Source: a virus
Taxonomy: Duplodnaviria > Caudoviricetes
Reading direction: 5' to 3' (one strand)
Length of the DNA: 51,055 nucleotides
Virus record (IMG/VR): IMGVR_UViG_3300024249_000008
Span: 1-51,055 of that record
Of the stretch, positions 34,659 through 42,803 are shown in pieces; the first letter of the stretch is position 1; every line of letters begins with the position of its first letter. A program made the translations under genes and the position numbers. A model generated the notes under the pieces. It made no database searches. It worked only from the letters and a program-made list of their open reading frames with translations, and had not been told where the DNA came from.

Positions 34659-35411
34659 TTAGAGAAGACGTCCACCTTTGGTCCATTCATGGGGTAACTT
34701 ATTGTGCTTTTCCTGATTACAGGCAGGACAAGCGAGCACAACATAATTTACATCGTTCTGAGGGTTTTCTTCAGTACGACTTAAGGGAATTGTATGTTCA
34801 AGATGATAGACATATCTACCCTTTAATTTCTCGAATTTTTTCTGACAATAATAGCATTTATGCCGTTGTGCCTTTAGTTTTGTTTGGACTTGTAGAGAAG
34901 TTAAAGTACCACCTATCGCTTTTTCTTGTGCTCTACGTTTATGTCTACTGGCACGTGCAACTGATTTACCTTTTTCAGTTACATGATATGCTCGTTGGTG
35001 TTCAAGTCTCTCTTGGCGATGTGCAAGATAATTCTGCTTACAACGTGCCTTTTCCTCCTCCAGATGATTTAGGCGGTACAGACGTTTATGTTCACGTTCC
35101 TGATCTAGATGGTCTTGGCGATACTGCCTACGGCGTGCATTGTCTTCATCTTTGTGTTTTTCATAATATTGTTTCTTACTTTCTGCTACACGATCAGGAT
35201 AAGTTTCCCTGTAAAGTTTTTGCCATGCTTTTCTTTCTTCTTTTTTCTCCTGATAAATTCGTTTTTGATTTTCACGTCTACAATTTCTACAGTCAGATGC
35301 AAGACCTAATTTTCTTCTTTTATCCCCAGGGAAAAAGTCTAGAGTGGCAGGATAAGAATTTGGGCATTTGGAACATTGCTTTTGCGGGATGTCTTGGGGT
35401 ATATTACTCAT
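34659..35411 (-). CDS. free-standing HNH endonuclease, paralog of 5034-6371
   Basis: CSKC...CRNC; about 15-aa repeats; CYYC...HLEH...CPACN; same terminal W-x-KGGRLL. Confidence 0.9.
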   Translation of the reverse strand: MSNIPQDIPQKQCSKCPNSYPATLDFFPGDKRRKLGLASDCRNCRRENQKRIYQEKKEERKAWQKLYRETYPDRVAESKKQYYEKHKDEDNARRRQYRQDHLDQEREHKRLYRLNHLEEEKARCKQNYLAHRQERLEHQRAYHVTEKGKSVARASRHKRRAQEKAIGGTLTSLQVQTKLKAQRHKCYYCQKKFEKLKGRYVYHLEHTIPLSRTEENPQNDVNYVVLACPACNQEKHNKLPHEWTKGGRLL

Positions 35412-35517
35412 ACAGCAGAACCTCCAATTCTGTTGTCACGCCGGAGGATGTTAGCGCATCGCTTCGGCAAAACGTTATTTACCCCATCATTATATCATGA
35501 ATTAGCCTGTAGTACAA
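35412..35517 (-). promoter_or_regulatory. promoter and structured leader of the HNH gene
   Basis: TTGTAC-17-TATAAT with TG extension; GCCG...CGGC hairpin; CAGAA/TTCTG hairpin around GGAGG. Confidence 0.75.
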
Positions 35518-35533
35518 GTCTACAGGCTTTTTG
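35504..35533 (+). terminator. intrinsic terminator
   Basis: AGCCTGTAG...CTACAGGCT followed by a T-run. Confidence 0.75.
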
Positions 35534-35560
35534 TGTGTCTTAAAGGAGATATATAGTTAT

Positions 35561-36097
35561 ATGGGATATACTCAATATGGGCCATTCACAGACGCAAGTG
35601 CCCCAGGTTTGGACTCAAGCTTCTTAAATGGTGTCGAGTCAGCTCTTTTGTCTATCAACCCTGGTGCATATTCCACACCACTACCACCTATTATCACTCC
35701 TGGTACATCAGGTGGTCATGTGTATATCTGGCAATTCAACGGTCCTACAGTTGGACCATCTGCAAACTGTTACAAACTTATTCTCATGTACTTTCAAACA
35801 TATGAGAATAGTACTGGAGTACGTCAAAACTTTCCATTTCCATCTCCACTCTCAAATGGTGGTATCGTTCAGGTTGGGAGTGTACATGTCCCAACGTCAG
35901 GCTTTGGTATATTCGCGGTAGATAGCACTCGCACAGGTCGTAACATCAACGTTTTTACCGGATTTAACACCGTCTCAAATACTGCAAGATGTCCTTGCTA
36001 TGCTGTTGGTGAATTCACAACACAGACATCATCTATTGACGTGGATGGAAGTACTACAGGCCCGGCTAATGGGTGGATACGAATAGAAGGTGTTTAG
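35561..36097 (+). CDS. tail fibre tip / receptor-binding-like protein
   Basis: AAGGAG RBS; N-terminal LNGVE anchor-like motif; beta-rich. Confidence 0.6.
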   Translation: MGYTQYGPFTDASAPGLDSSFLNGVESALLSINPGAYSTPLPPIITPGTSGGHVYIWQFNGPTVGPSANCYKLILMYFQTYENSTGVRQNFPFPSPLSNGGIVQVGSVHVPTSGFGIFAVDSTRTGRNINVFTGFNTVSNTARCPCYAVGEFTTQTSSIDVDGSTTGPANGWIRIEGV

Positions 36098-36201
36098 TCC
36101 TCTTGTGTAATTATCATTGGTAGCTTGTTAGTGGGGTTGTGGAAGGGAGGAATAAGCCTCATATCATCTTCTTTTTCTTAAAAAATAGAAAGCTATTCTT
36201 T

Positions 36202-36543
36202 ATGCCTGAGAAGGAGTTAATGTTACTCATTGAAACGCTTGTCAAGCAAATTCAAGCGGTATCAGATGGGCAGGAAAATCTTAGAAAATATGTAATTGAA
36301 CAATTTGTCTCTATGCAAGGTGAGTTACACCATTATGTACTGAAGGAAGATATGAATGATATGGAGGATAAAGTAGTCAGAATCGAAAAGAAATTAGACG
36401 ACATGCAACAGAAAATTATTGAAAATCAGGAGCAGAAGTTTAAGCAAACCATTCAAGTACAAGCAACGATCTTACTCTTGATCATTGGTGGTTTTATCAC
36501 TTCTTATTTCATACCGCAATTATTACATCTTTTTGGACATTAG
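36202..36543 (+). CDS. coiled-coil protein with a C-terminal TM (holin/XhlA-like)
   Basis: Coiled coil plus a single C-terminal TM, at the start of the lysis region. Confidence 0.55.
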   Translation: MPEKELMLLIETLVKQIQAVSDGQENLRKYVIEQFVSMQGELHHYVLKEDMNDMEDKVVRIEKKLDDMQQKIIENQEQKFKQTIQVQATILLLIIGGFITSYFIPQLLHLFGH

Positions 36544-36562
36544 TTAGAAAGAATTATCATGT

Positions 36563-37264
36563 ATGCCACAACGAATGCTTTTTAAGCGTCTCAAGTTTGC
36601 ATATGGGTCGGCTGCAACCATAATCGGGGTTCTCATATTCCTGGCTCAATTCGTCATTCAGTCGGCATTATATCAGGAAATAGTTACACGCAATCTAGCC
36701 TCTACTATGTCACTACAAGAGTTGCATTCTCAGCATCTCTTGCGTAACTCTTTGATGACATTTGATCCTGGCAACAAAACAATTAACCCTCTCAAGATTA
36801 ATCCATCTCAACAGATCGAGGGTGATCTTGTTTTTATGGAGAAAACAAATAAACGCTTGCTTGATATCTCCGTTACACCACTACCAATCGTGCAGCAGAT
36901 TAACAAGATCCAGCCTGAATTTCTAGCTACAGATAATGCAAGTCATCAGTTACTTATTGACGTTCAAAAGCACAACAAGACTGATCAGTCGAAGCAAGTA
37001 ACTCTGATCTTCATCCATGAGCAGAGCTATTTGAGTGGCGTTTATATGGCGTTTATTATGCTTACACAACAGGCTGATACATATGTTTCTATGATACAAA
37101 CATTAGAGGTTGTTATCTGCCTTGTGTCTCTGGCTACAATCACGTTTGAAGCATTTGCTGTGGTGATTCCTGCGTTTCACGATTATCAACGTGCGCTTGA
37201 CCAGATCAATCAGATTGCAATAGAAAAAAGACAGATACAACAATCAGAAAATGCATCAAGTTGA
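36563..37264 (+). CDS. two-TM protein resembling a PilJ/NarX-type sensor ectodomain without an output domain
   Basis: TM - helical ectodomain - TM; QELHSQHL and LEVVICLVSLATITFEAFAVVIP patterns. Confidence 0.5.
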   Translation: MPQRMLFKRLKFAYGSAATIIGVLIFLAQFVIQSALYQEIVTRNLASTMSLQELHSQHLLRNSLMTFDPGNKTINPLKINPSQQIEGDLVFMEKTNKRLLDISVTPLPIVQQINKIQPEFLATDNASHQLLIDVQKHNKTDQSKQVTLIFIHEQSYLSGVYMAFIMLTQQADTYVSMIQTLEVVICLVSLATITFEAFAVVIPAFHDYQRALDQINQIAIEKRQIQQSENASS

Positions 37265-37272
37265 TAAAGCAA

Positions 37273-37310
37273 GAGGGACCACTCAAGTATCTGGGTGGTC
37301 CCTTGTTGTT
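37273..37310 (+). terminator. intrinsic terminator
   Basis: AGGGACCACTCA...TGGGTGGTCCCT followed by TGTTGTT. Confidence 0.65.
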
Positions 37311-37486
37311 ACTCCCTCTCAAAATCGTTCGTAATCGTTCGTATCAAACTCATCATCTATGTGTCGATCTGCCTTCTGACATTCAGGACATGGCTTGTCT
37401 TTAAAGTGCCTAATCTGAGGGTAGCGCCTCAGAACGGCTTATCATCGTAAGTCCCTGATTGGCAGATGATAAGCCGTTTGATTTTA

Positions 37487-37660
37487 TGTTATACTTTTCT
37501 TGCGATAGTGGTAGCCCGCTAAAGGGTCCGAGAAGCAATCTGATCAACTGCCCACTCAAGTACATACCCTGGAAATCTGACAGAATCCATAACTTAGCGT
37601 GTACGCGGGGGAAACGAGATGTACACAAAATGGCACTGGTGTAGCTAGCCAGTGCTTTTT
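37487..37660 (+). ncRNA. candidate structured small RNA
   Basis: TGTTATACT extended -10, multi-stem body, GCACTGG/CCAGTGC terminator with T-run. Confidence 0.45.
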
Positions 37661-37853
37661 GTTGTTCAAAGCATCATATAAAGGAGCACATTGCATCACT
37701 ACAATTCGATGTTCCTTGAGGTGTCCAATCTGCTATACTAGCCATGAGAATTTCCTTTCCACGAATGAATGAGCAACGTGGAGCAGCCTGAGCCAGTCTG
37801 TTAAAACCTGGCTTTTCTTTATGATGTGAAGAGGTAGAAGGGATGGATACCAC

Positions 37854-38081
37854 ATGAGCGTACCAATGCGTACACGTATTGAACAGATAGAGCATAATTT
37901 CGCATGGCACGAATTGAAAACGGGACAACCTGAGCGGATATTGCAGATACGACAAAAAGCCAAAGAGCTAGCATATTTAATTGTTTCGTTAACACCAAAT
38001 TCTAGTGAGCAATCTATTGCTGTTTCGGAGGTGGATTCAGCAGTCTCATGGGCTGAGAAGGCAATTATGAGGAATGAATAG
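37854..38081 (+). CDS. Acb2/Tad1-like helical-hairpin protein (candidate cyclic-nucleotide sponge)
   Basis: NFAWH...GQPER...IRQKAKELAYLI...P.S.EQSIA...AVSWA..AI.RNE matches the family pattern as recalled. Confidence 0.65.
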   Translation: MSVPMRTRIEQIEHNFAWHELKTGQPERILQIRQKAKELAYLIVSLTPNSSEQSIAVSEVDSAVSWAEKAIMRNE

Positions 38082-38086
38082 CTATT

Positions 38087-39025
38087 ATGACAATATTGCA
38101 AAACTTTCCAATGCTTAGTCAACTAGATAATGATATTAACGCTCAACAGGATTGTGTTGCTACCTGTGTAGCTTCAGCTCTTAAGTATCTCACTCATAAT
38201 GAGTTTACAGGTGGACAAGTAAAAGATGCTGTCTATGGAGCCAACTATGTAGGTCCAACTAATCCACTAAGCTATGTGAAATACTGCTCTGATTACGGCG
38301 TACAGATGACAGCCATCAATGGAAGTCCAAACTATCTTGTTGAAGTGATACACAATCATCTTGTAGTAGGGGAACCATGCATTGTAACGGTGCCTGACAG
38401 ATATGCACCTGCTAGCCTTGGGTGGACACACGTGCTTGTAGCATTCGGGTGTAATGGTTCATCTATCGGTACAGGCTCTATAACGCTGCTTGATCCATAT
38501 ATAGCAAAGCCTGTTACCTATGGCAATGCAGAACTGGCGGGTTTATTGCGCTTCGATCAAATGTGGGTGTTGAGTGGAGGTGAAATGGTGTTATCAATCA
38601 ATCAAGCTAGTCAATTCTTCGAGGAAGTACAACCTAATGAGGTATGGAAGTGTAAGCAAACAGGCTTTACCATATCTCACGGCAATTTAGCATATTATCG
38701 ATCTTGCACAAAGGAAGGCTTGAATGGCATTAGTATGTTTGGCCTGCCTTTATCCAACGAAACAGCCATACCAGGATACACAGGTTGCACCATTCAGCGT
38801 TATGAGCGTTCTTGTGTAATTTATGATCCTGAACATAAAATTGATCGTGTTCCAGGCATTGACGGTCCTTGCTATCCAGCTCATATCGATAAAGGGGCGG
38901 GTCGTGATCCTGTCATCGCTCAACTCCTCTCGGAGAACTCACAACTGGTTAATGAGGTAGCACAACTCAAGCAGCAATTAGCGGAGGCTAAACTACCTCC
39001 TACCATCTCGACAGAAAAACAATGA
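38087..39025 (+). CDS. endolysin: C39-like peptidase plus cell-wall-binding domain
   Basis: QQDCVATC, HVLVAFG, LLDPY; C-terminal QTGF...FGLPLSNE...IQRYERS repeat. Confidence 0.78.
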   Translation: MTILQNFPMLSQLDNDINAQQDCVATCVASALKYLTHNEFTGGQVKDAVYGANYVGPTNPLSYVKYCSDYGVQMTAINGSPNYLVEVIHNHLVVGEPCIVTVPDRYAPASLGWTHVLVAFGCNGSSIGTGSITLLDPYIAKPVTYGNAELAGLLRFDQMWVLSGGEMVLSINQASQFFEEVQPNEVWKCKQTGFTISHGNLAYYRSCTKEGLNGISMFGLPLSNETAIPGYTGCTIQRYERSCVIYDPEHKIDRVPGIDGPCYPAHIDKGAGRDPVIAQLLSENSQLVNEVAQLKQQLAEAKLPPTISTEKQ

Positions 39026-39037
39026 TAACAATTTAGG

Positions 39038-39262
39038 TTGTGTAACATGATTATCGAAATAATAAAAAGACCTGACACCATCAATCATAATGATCTATGC
39101 TTCTCGCAAATTAGACAGCGTATACTTTACAACAATGGCTCAATTTGGCTCTGTAGCTCATGTGGAAAGGTATTTGAGGATGATGCCTTTCTAGACACAG
39201 GGGTGTTACAAAAAGCCCACAGAAAGCCATCCTATCGCCTAAATTTGGACAATCTGAATTAA
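39038..39262 (+). CDS. hypothetical Zn-binding protein
   Basis: CSSCG motif. Confidence 0.45.
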   Translation: MCNMIIEIIKRPDTINHNDLCFSQIRQRILYNNGSIWLCSSCGKVFEDDAFLDTGVLQKAHRKPSYRLNLDNLN

Positions 39263-39320
39263 TCTGTATACTTATTAGTGGAAATGAACATCCGCTTATA
39301 CTTCTTCGGTTTAATTCACT

Positions 39321-39362
39321 AAAAAGCAGGTAGCAACACTCATCCTCTGCTACCTGCTTTTC
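39321..39362 (+). terminator. intrinsic terminator
   Basis: AAAAGCAGGTAGC/GCTACCTGCTTTT. Confidence 0.8.
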
Positions 39363-39402
39363 GCCGTTAGATCACAATTTATTTATGTGATGTTCCATGA
39401 TA

Positions 39403-39570
39403 TGGACAATCTCACTATATTGATATATAATAAATATATCAACTGTAAAGTTTCGAGACTCCTACAGTTGATGAGTTCTACTCTGTTACCAAGTTTGAAC
39501 GAACCCCTTACTTGATAGCAAGGTAAATAAGGCTGTCGGGTCTGGGGAGACATACGACAGCCTTATTTTA
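39403..39570 (+). ncRNA. candidate small RNA
   Basis: TGGACA-17-TATAAT; 10-bp stem 39438-47/39463-72; 14-bp terminator stem 39525-38/39555-68, probably bidirectional. Confidence 0.45.
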
Positions 39571-39604
39571 TCTGGAAAATGTTAAATTTTGGATTAAGAA
39601 GAGA

Positions 39605-40534
39605 TTAAAGTATCATCTTTTCTTTGGCTCTGTTCGCCAATGCCCTCATAACTCCCAACGTATTATTCACGTCTCCCAATGCGCGATGATAGCCGCTAGC
39701 CTCCACGCCTAAATCCTGACAGGCAGATGCTAATTGTTGCCATTTATAGCTTTCGTGGTACTCACTCCAATCTCCATAATACTCAGCATACGCCTCCATC
39801 ATGCATTGCCATTTTGTAAGTGTCCATTTTTTACCTTTGGGTAACTCAATACCGGATTTATGAGCACTTGATATAATAGCGTCTAAATCGAATCTGACAT
39901 TGTAGCAATAGATGGTGTATTGCTGAAATATCTCCTCTAGTTTAGGCCAAATCTCGCTAAACGTAGGGGCATTGGCAACCATCTCATCTGTGATACCATG
40001 CACTGCTGTAGCCGTTGCAGGAATAGGGCAATCTGGCTTAATGAGGCTATCAAATAGCACGTTGCCCAATTTATCAACAATGCTAATTTCAACAACCTGG
40101 AAGTGGTCATGACTAGGTAAGCCTGTCGTCTCTGTATCGAGAATGGCAATTTTCTCATCACTCTCTAGCAACTCTTTCATGTGCATCTCTAATATAGATC
40201 GTTGTCTTTCCCACTCGATATTCTCAATGCAGTCCTGACAATACAACTTTTTCTCTCCGTTGATATCAACAGATCGAAGGCGTGTGTACTTGCTTTGCCC
40301 ATGCGATCTATCGTAGTAGTGGCACTTCTCACAACTATGATTAGCCTTCAGCGTTTCTTGTGCTTTCTGTAGTGCAGCTTCTTGCTTTTTCGTCATCTCT
40401 GGAATAGGAATAGCTTCATCAATCTTATAGAGATAAATGTAGGTGTTACCCTTTGCTTTGTAGTAGCAACCATCAGGCTTTTTCTTGTTTTTCGGCTTCA
40501 GTCTCTTTTCTCGGAGTTGGGTAACGGTTGTCAT
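39605..40534 (-). CDS. DEDDh 3'-5' exonuclease (DnaQ-like) with an N-terminal Zn-binding region
   Basis: ILDTETTGL, YNVRFD, HRALGD; ATG at 40534 overlaps the stop of the upstream fragment. Confidence 0.88.
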   Translation of the reverse strand: MTTVTQLREKRLKPKNKKKPDGCYYKAKGNTYIYLYKIDEAIPIPEMTKKQEAALQKAQETLKANHSCEKCHYYDRSHGQSKYTRLRSVDINGEKKLYCQDCIENIEWERQRSILEMHMKELLESDEKIAILDTETTGLPSHDHFQVVEISIVDKLGNVLFDSLIKPDCPIPATATAVHGITDEMVANAPTFSEIWPKLEEIFQQYTIYCYNVRFDLDAIISSAHKSGIELPKGKKWTLTKWQCMMEAYAEYYGDWSEYHESYKWQQLASACQDLGVEASGYHRALGDVNNTLGVMRALANRAKEKMIL

Positions 40535-40680
40535 TGTCTCCCACGCCACGGTATCTTTTCATATCCATACATCTTGCAGCCTGGACACTCGCTAACTGGT
40601 TCCTTTTTCCAACTAACACCACAAACAGAGCATCTACAAGTTAAAACGGTATCTTGTGTTATTTCGATAAGGTGTTGCAT
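40531..40680 (-). CDS. 49-aa Cys-rich ORF; probable frameshifted N-terminus of the exonuclease
   Basis: GAGGAG RBS; CSVC...CPGC; fuses in frame with the exonuclease if one copy of CCACG (40541-50) is removed. Confidence 0.65.
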   Translation of the reverse strand: MQHLIEITQDTVLTCRCSVCGVSWKKEPVSECPGCKMYGYEKIPWRGRQ

Positions 40681-40814
40681 ATTGTGTATCTCCTCTCAAA
40701 AAGTTTAATTGTTAAGAGGATAAGTACCATATGATTTTTAGTTTGTCAAGAGGCAGAGGCAAAAGAAAACCACCTGTATTGCAAGGTGGTTGAGGTGTAC
40801 TAATTATTAAATTG

Positions 40815-41186
40815 TTAGTTATGTGTACTTTGTTCACTCTCCATTCTCAACTGCTTCCTCACTAAAGCTCTTCCTTGTGTTGTCATACGTACCCATACAG
40901 CACCGTGATACTTGATCAGGATAAGCCCTCGATCTCGCAACGCTTCAAAAGTGCTCCCTGTTCCCTGATCAACTAGGCCCTCATCAATCAATCTTTTCTT
41001 GAAGGGTGTATACCCAATATATATATCAGCATATTCTATCCATCTCCATCTGTCGGCAGGAATAGAACGCATTTCTAGACGCATGAGGCTTTTAGCGTTG
41101 CGTTCTTGTATCTGGTCTGTCAGGTAGATGATACGCATGTATTGCTGTTGGCGATTGTTGAGAGAGTCCCAAGTAAGCTTGTTCAT
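40815..41186 (-). CDS. winged-helix-like hypothetical protein
   Basis: TFEALRDRGLI...VRMTTQGRALV. Confidence 0.65.
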   Translation of the reverse strand: MNKLTWDSLNNRQQQYMRIIYLTDQIQERNAKSLMRLEMRSIPADRWRWIEYADIYIGYTPFKKRLIDEGLVDQGTGSTFEALRDRGLILIKYHGAVWVRMTTQGRALVRKQLRMESEQSTHN

Positions 41187-41770
41187 TTATTTTCTTGCTG
41201 TTCCCTCATGTACCGATAGAACGTAGACCGTGAAACACCTAACGTCTCGCATATGTCATCAATAGAATGCTGATTGTCTGCCCAGAGACTCTTTGCTAGA
41301 TTTGCTTTACCATTCTTAATCTTGCGTGGTCTTCCGCCTAAGTGTCCTCTAGCACGTGCAGCCTTTAGTCCTGCGTTAGTACGCTCTCGGATAAGGTCAC
41401 GCTCAAACTCTGCCAACGCACCCATCACATGAAAGATCAGCTTACCGCTTGGTGTGGTAGTATCAATGTTTTCTGTTAGGCTCTTAAACTCGATATGTTG
41501 GCTCTGTAGTGTGGTTAGTATTTCAATAAGATGTTTCAACGATCTACCAGCACGATCTAATTTCCAAACCACAAACACATCACCAGGACGTAGATAAGCC
41601 AGTGCTTCATTTAGTCCTTTCCGTTCTGTCTTTGCACCACTGATCTTATCAATAAAAATCTTCTCGCAGCCTGCGGTTTTCAATGCATCAACCTGCAGTG
41701 CTTCATGTTGCTCAGTCTTTGAGACACGAGCATATCCTATGTTTGCTATAACTTCCTCCATTTGTGTCAC
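41183..41770 (-). CDS. serine recombinase (resolvase/invertase family)
   Basis: IGYARVS, VWKLDR.GRS, AEFERDLIRERT, GGRP, C-terminal HTH. Confidence 0.95.
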   Translation of the reverse strand: MTQMEEVIANIGYARVSKTEQHEALQVDALKTAGCEKIFIDKISGAKTERKGLNEALAYLRPGDVFVVWKLDRAGRSLKHLIEILTTLQSQHIEFKSLTENIDTTTPSGKLIFHVMGALAEFERDLIRERTNAGLKAARARGHLGGRPRKIKNGKANLAKSLWADNQHSIDDICETLGVSRSTFYRYMREQQENK

Positions 41771-41900
41771 TATCTCGTTAAATGTACATTCAATTGAGAC
41801 TTTGATTATAACATAAGTTTTGATACACGATAATAGAGGGTTTATGAGGTTTTCAAGAGAGTGCTAAAACTTATCAACATTTGACCGTTTTTGACACTGC
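41765..41900. promoter_or_regulatory. probable res site and resolvase promoter
   Basis: AT-rich noncoding stretch of about 130 bp directly upstream of the resolvase with TGTCA/TGACA, TGAGAC and TGATAC half-site-like motifs. Confidence 0.5.
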
Positions 41901-41911
41901 TAGCTTGAGAC

Positions 41912-41952
41912 AAAAAGAAGAGGCTGGATAATCACTATCCAGCCTCTTTTCT
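41912..41952 (-). terminator. intrinsic terminator
   Basis: AAGAGGCTGGATA/TATCCAGCCTCTT. Confidence 0.8.
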
Positions 41953-42128
41953 TAAGCCGTTCGTTCTTCTCTTTGGCGTTTCTCTTTGACCGCTTCGAGA
42001 ATCCACTGTGTACGGTTCTCAGTTACGCCAGAGATGTAGTTAAGATCATCAACAGGTAACTCAACATGTATCTCTTGGCGCTCACCATGTTTCGGCTTTG
42101 GTCCTGGTTTAGTTTTTGTCTTTGCCAA
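41952..42128 (-). CDS. ribbon-helix-helix-like regulator
   Basis: PGPKP arm, IHVELP beta strand, RTQWILEAV helix; TTG start after GAGG. Confidence 0.65.
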   Translation of the reverse strand: MAKTKTKPGPKPKHGERQEIHVELPVDDLNYISGVTENRTQWILEAVKEKRQREERTA

Positions 42129-42792
42129 ATTGCACCTCTTCACCAGTTAACTCATTGAGGACATTTGAGGCTGCTCTCTGTCGGATGTACTCTTTTGTAT
42201 ATCCAGGCACGTACACAAACACACCATCCTCGTTTCTCATCCTCAGAGCGAACTTATCATTAACCTTGACCACAGCAACACCATTGATCTCTTCAACTAT
42301 GTCATATACTGGTGTTTCTTCCTCGACAACCTGCCCAATCATCTCTGCTGTAGGCTCAACATACTTATACGCAGGTTGTTTTACTCCGTCAGCAGTGCCA
42401 GTGTAGCTTTTGCCGCTAAGGAATCCCTCCATGTCCAGTTCTTGAACAGCGCGTTTGACATATAGAGTTTTACCATCAATTAAGCGAGTCACCGTTACCG
42501 ATTGGTTGTAGACATCCCATCCTTTATACTGTAAGCGAATCCACTTAAACCGCACCACCTGATAAAGTACACAACTTATTGAAATGATGTCACCTACCTT
42601 AGCCTTGTTAATATCGTATGCTGTGGTTGGGATTTTCTTCTGTCCTGTGGGAGCACAGGGAACTTTGCCCGAACCCCCACAACCAAAGCACTTCGTACCA
42701 AATCGCTCACAGTAACTATAGTGGCCTGTCCCTCCACAACGGCCACAGTCACGTGTTGCAATGATCGGTGTTTTTGTTACTGCCTCTGCCAT
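42109..42792 (-). CDS. hypothetical protein with a CxxCxGxG Zn finger
   Basis: CGRCGGTG...CFGCGGSG; AGGAGG RBS. Confidence 0.75.
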   Translation of the reverse strand: MAEAVTKTPIIATRDCGRCGGTGHYSYCERFGTKCFGCGGSGKVPCAPTGQKKIPTTAYDINKAKVGDIISISCVLYQVVRFKWIRLQYKGWDVYNQSVTVTRLIDGKTLYVKRAVQELDMEGFLSGKSYTGTADGVKQPAYKYVEPTAEMIGQVVEEETPVYDIVEEINGVAVVKVNDKFALRMRNEDGVFVYVPGYTKEYIRQRAASNVLNELTGEEVQFGKDKN

Positions 42793-42803
42793 CATCACAC
42801 CTC

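Noticed and set aside
34652-35500. 282-aa plus-strand ORF
   Set aside because: Antisense shadow of the HNH gene; hydrophobic mirror of a charged repeat protein with no recognisable domain
37323-37345. AATCGTTCGT tandem repeat as a mini-CRISPR
   Set aside because: Only two adjacent 10-bp copies with no spacers
37575-37620. Hammerhead ribozyme (CTGACAGA...GAAAC)
   Set aside because: Core does not match CUGANGA and the required stems are not evident
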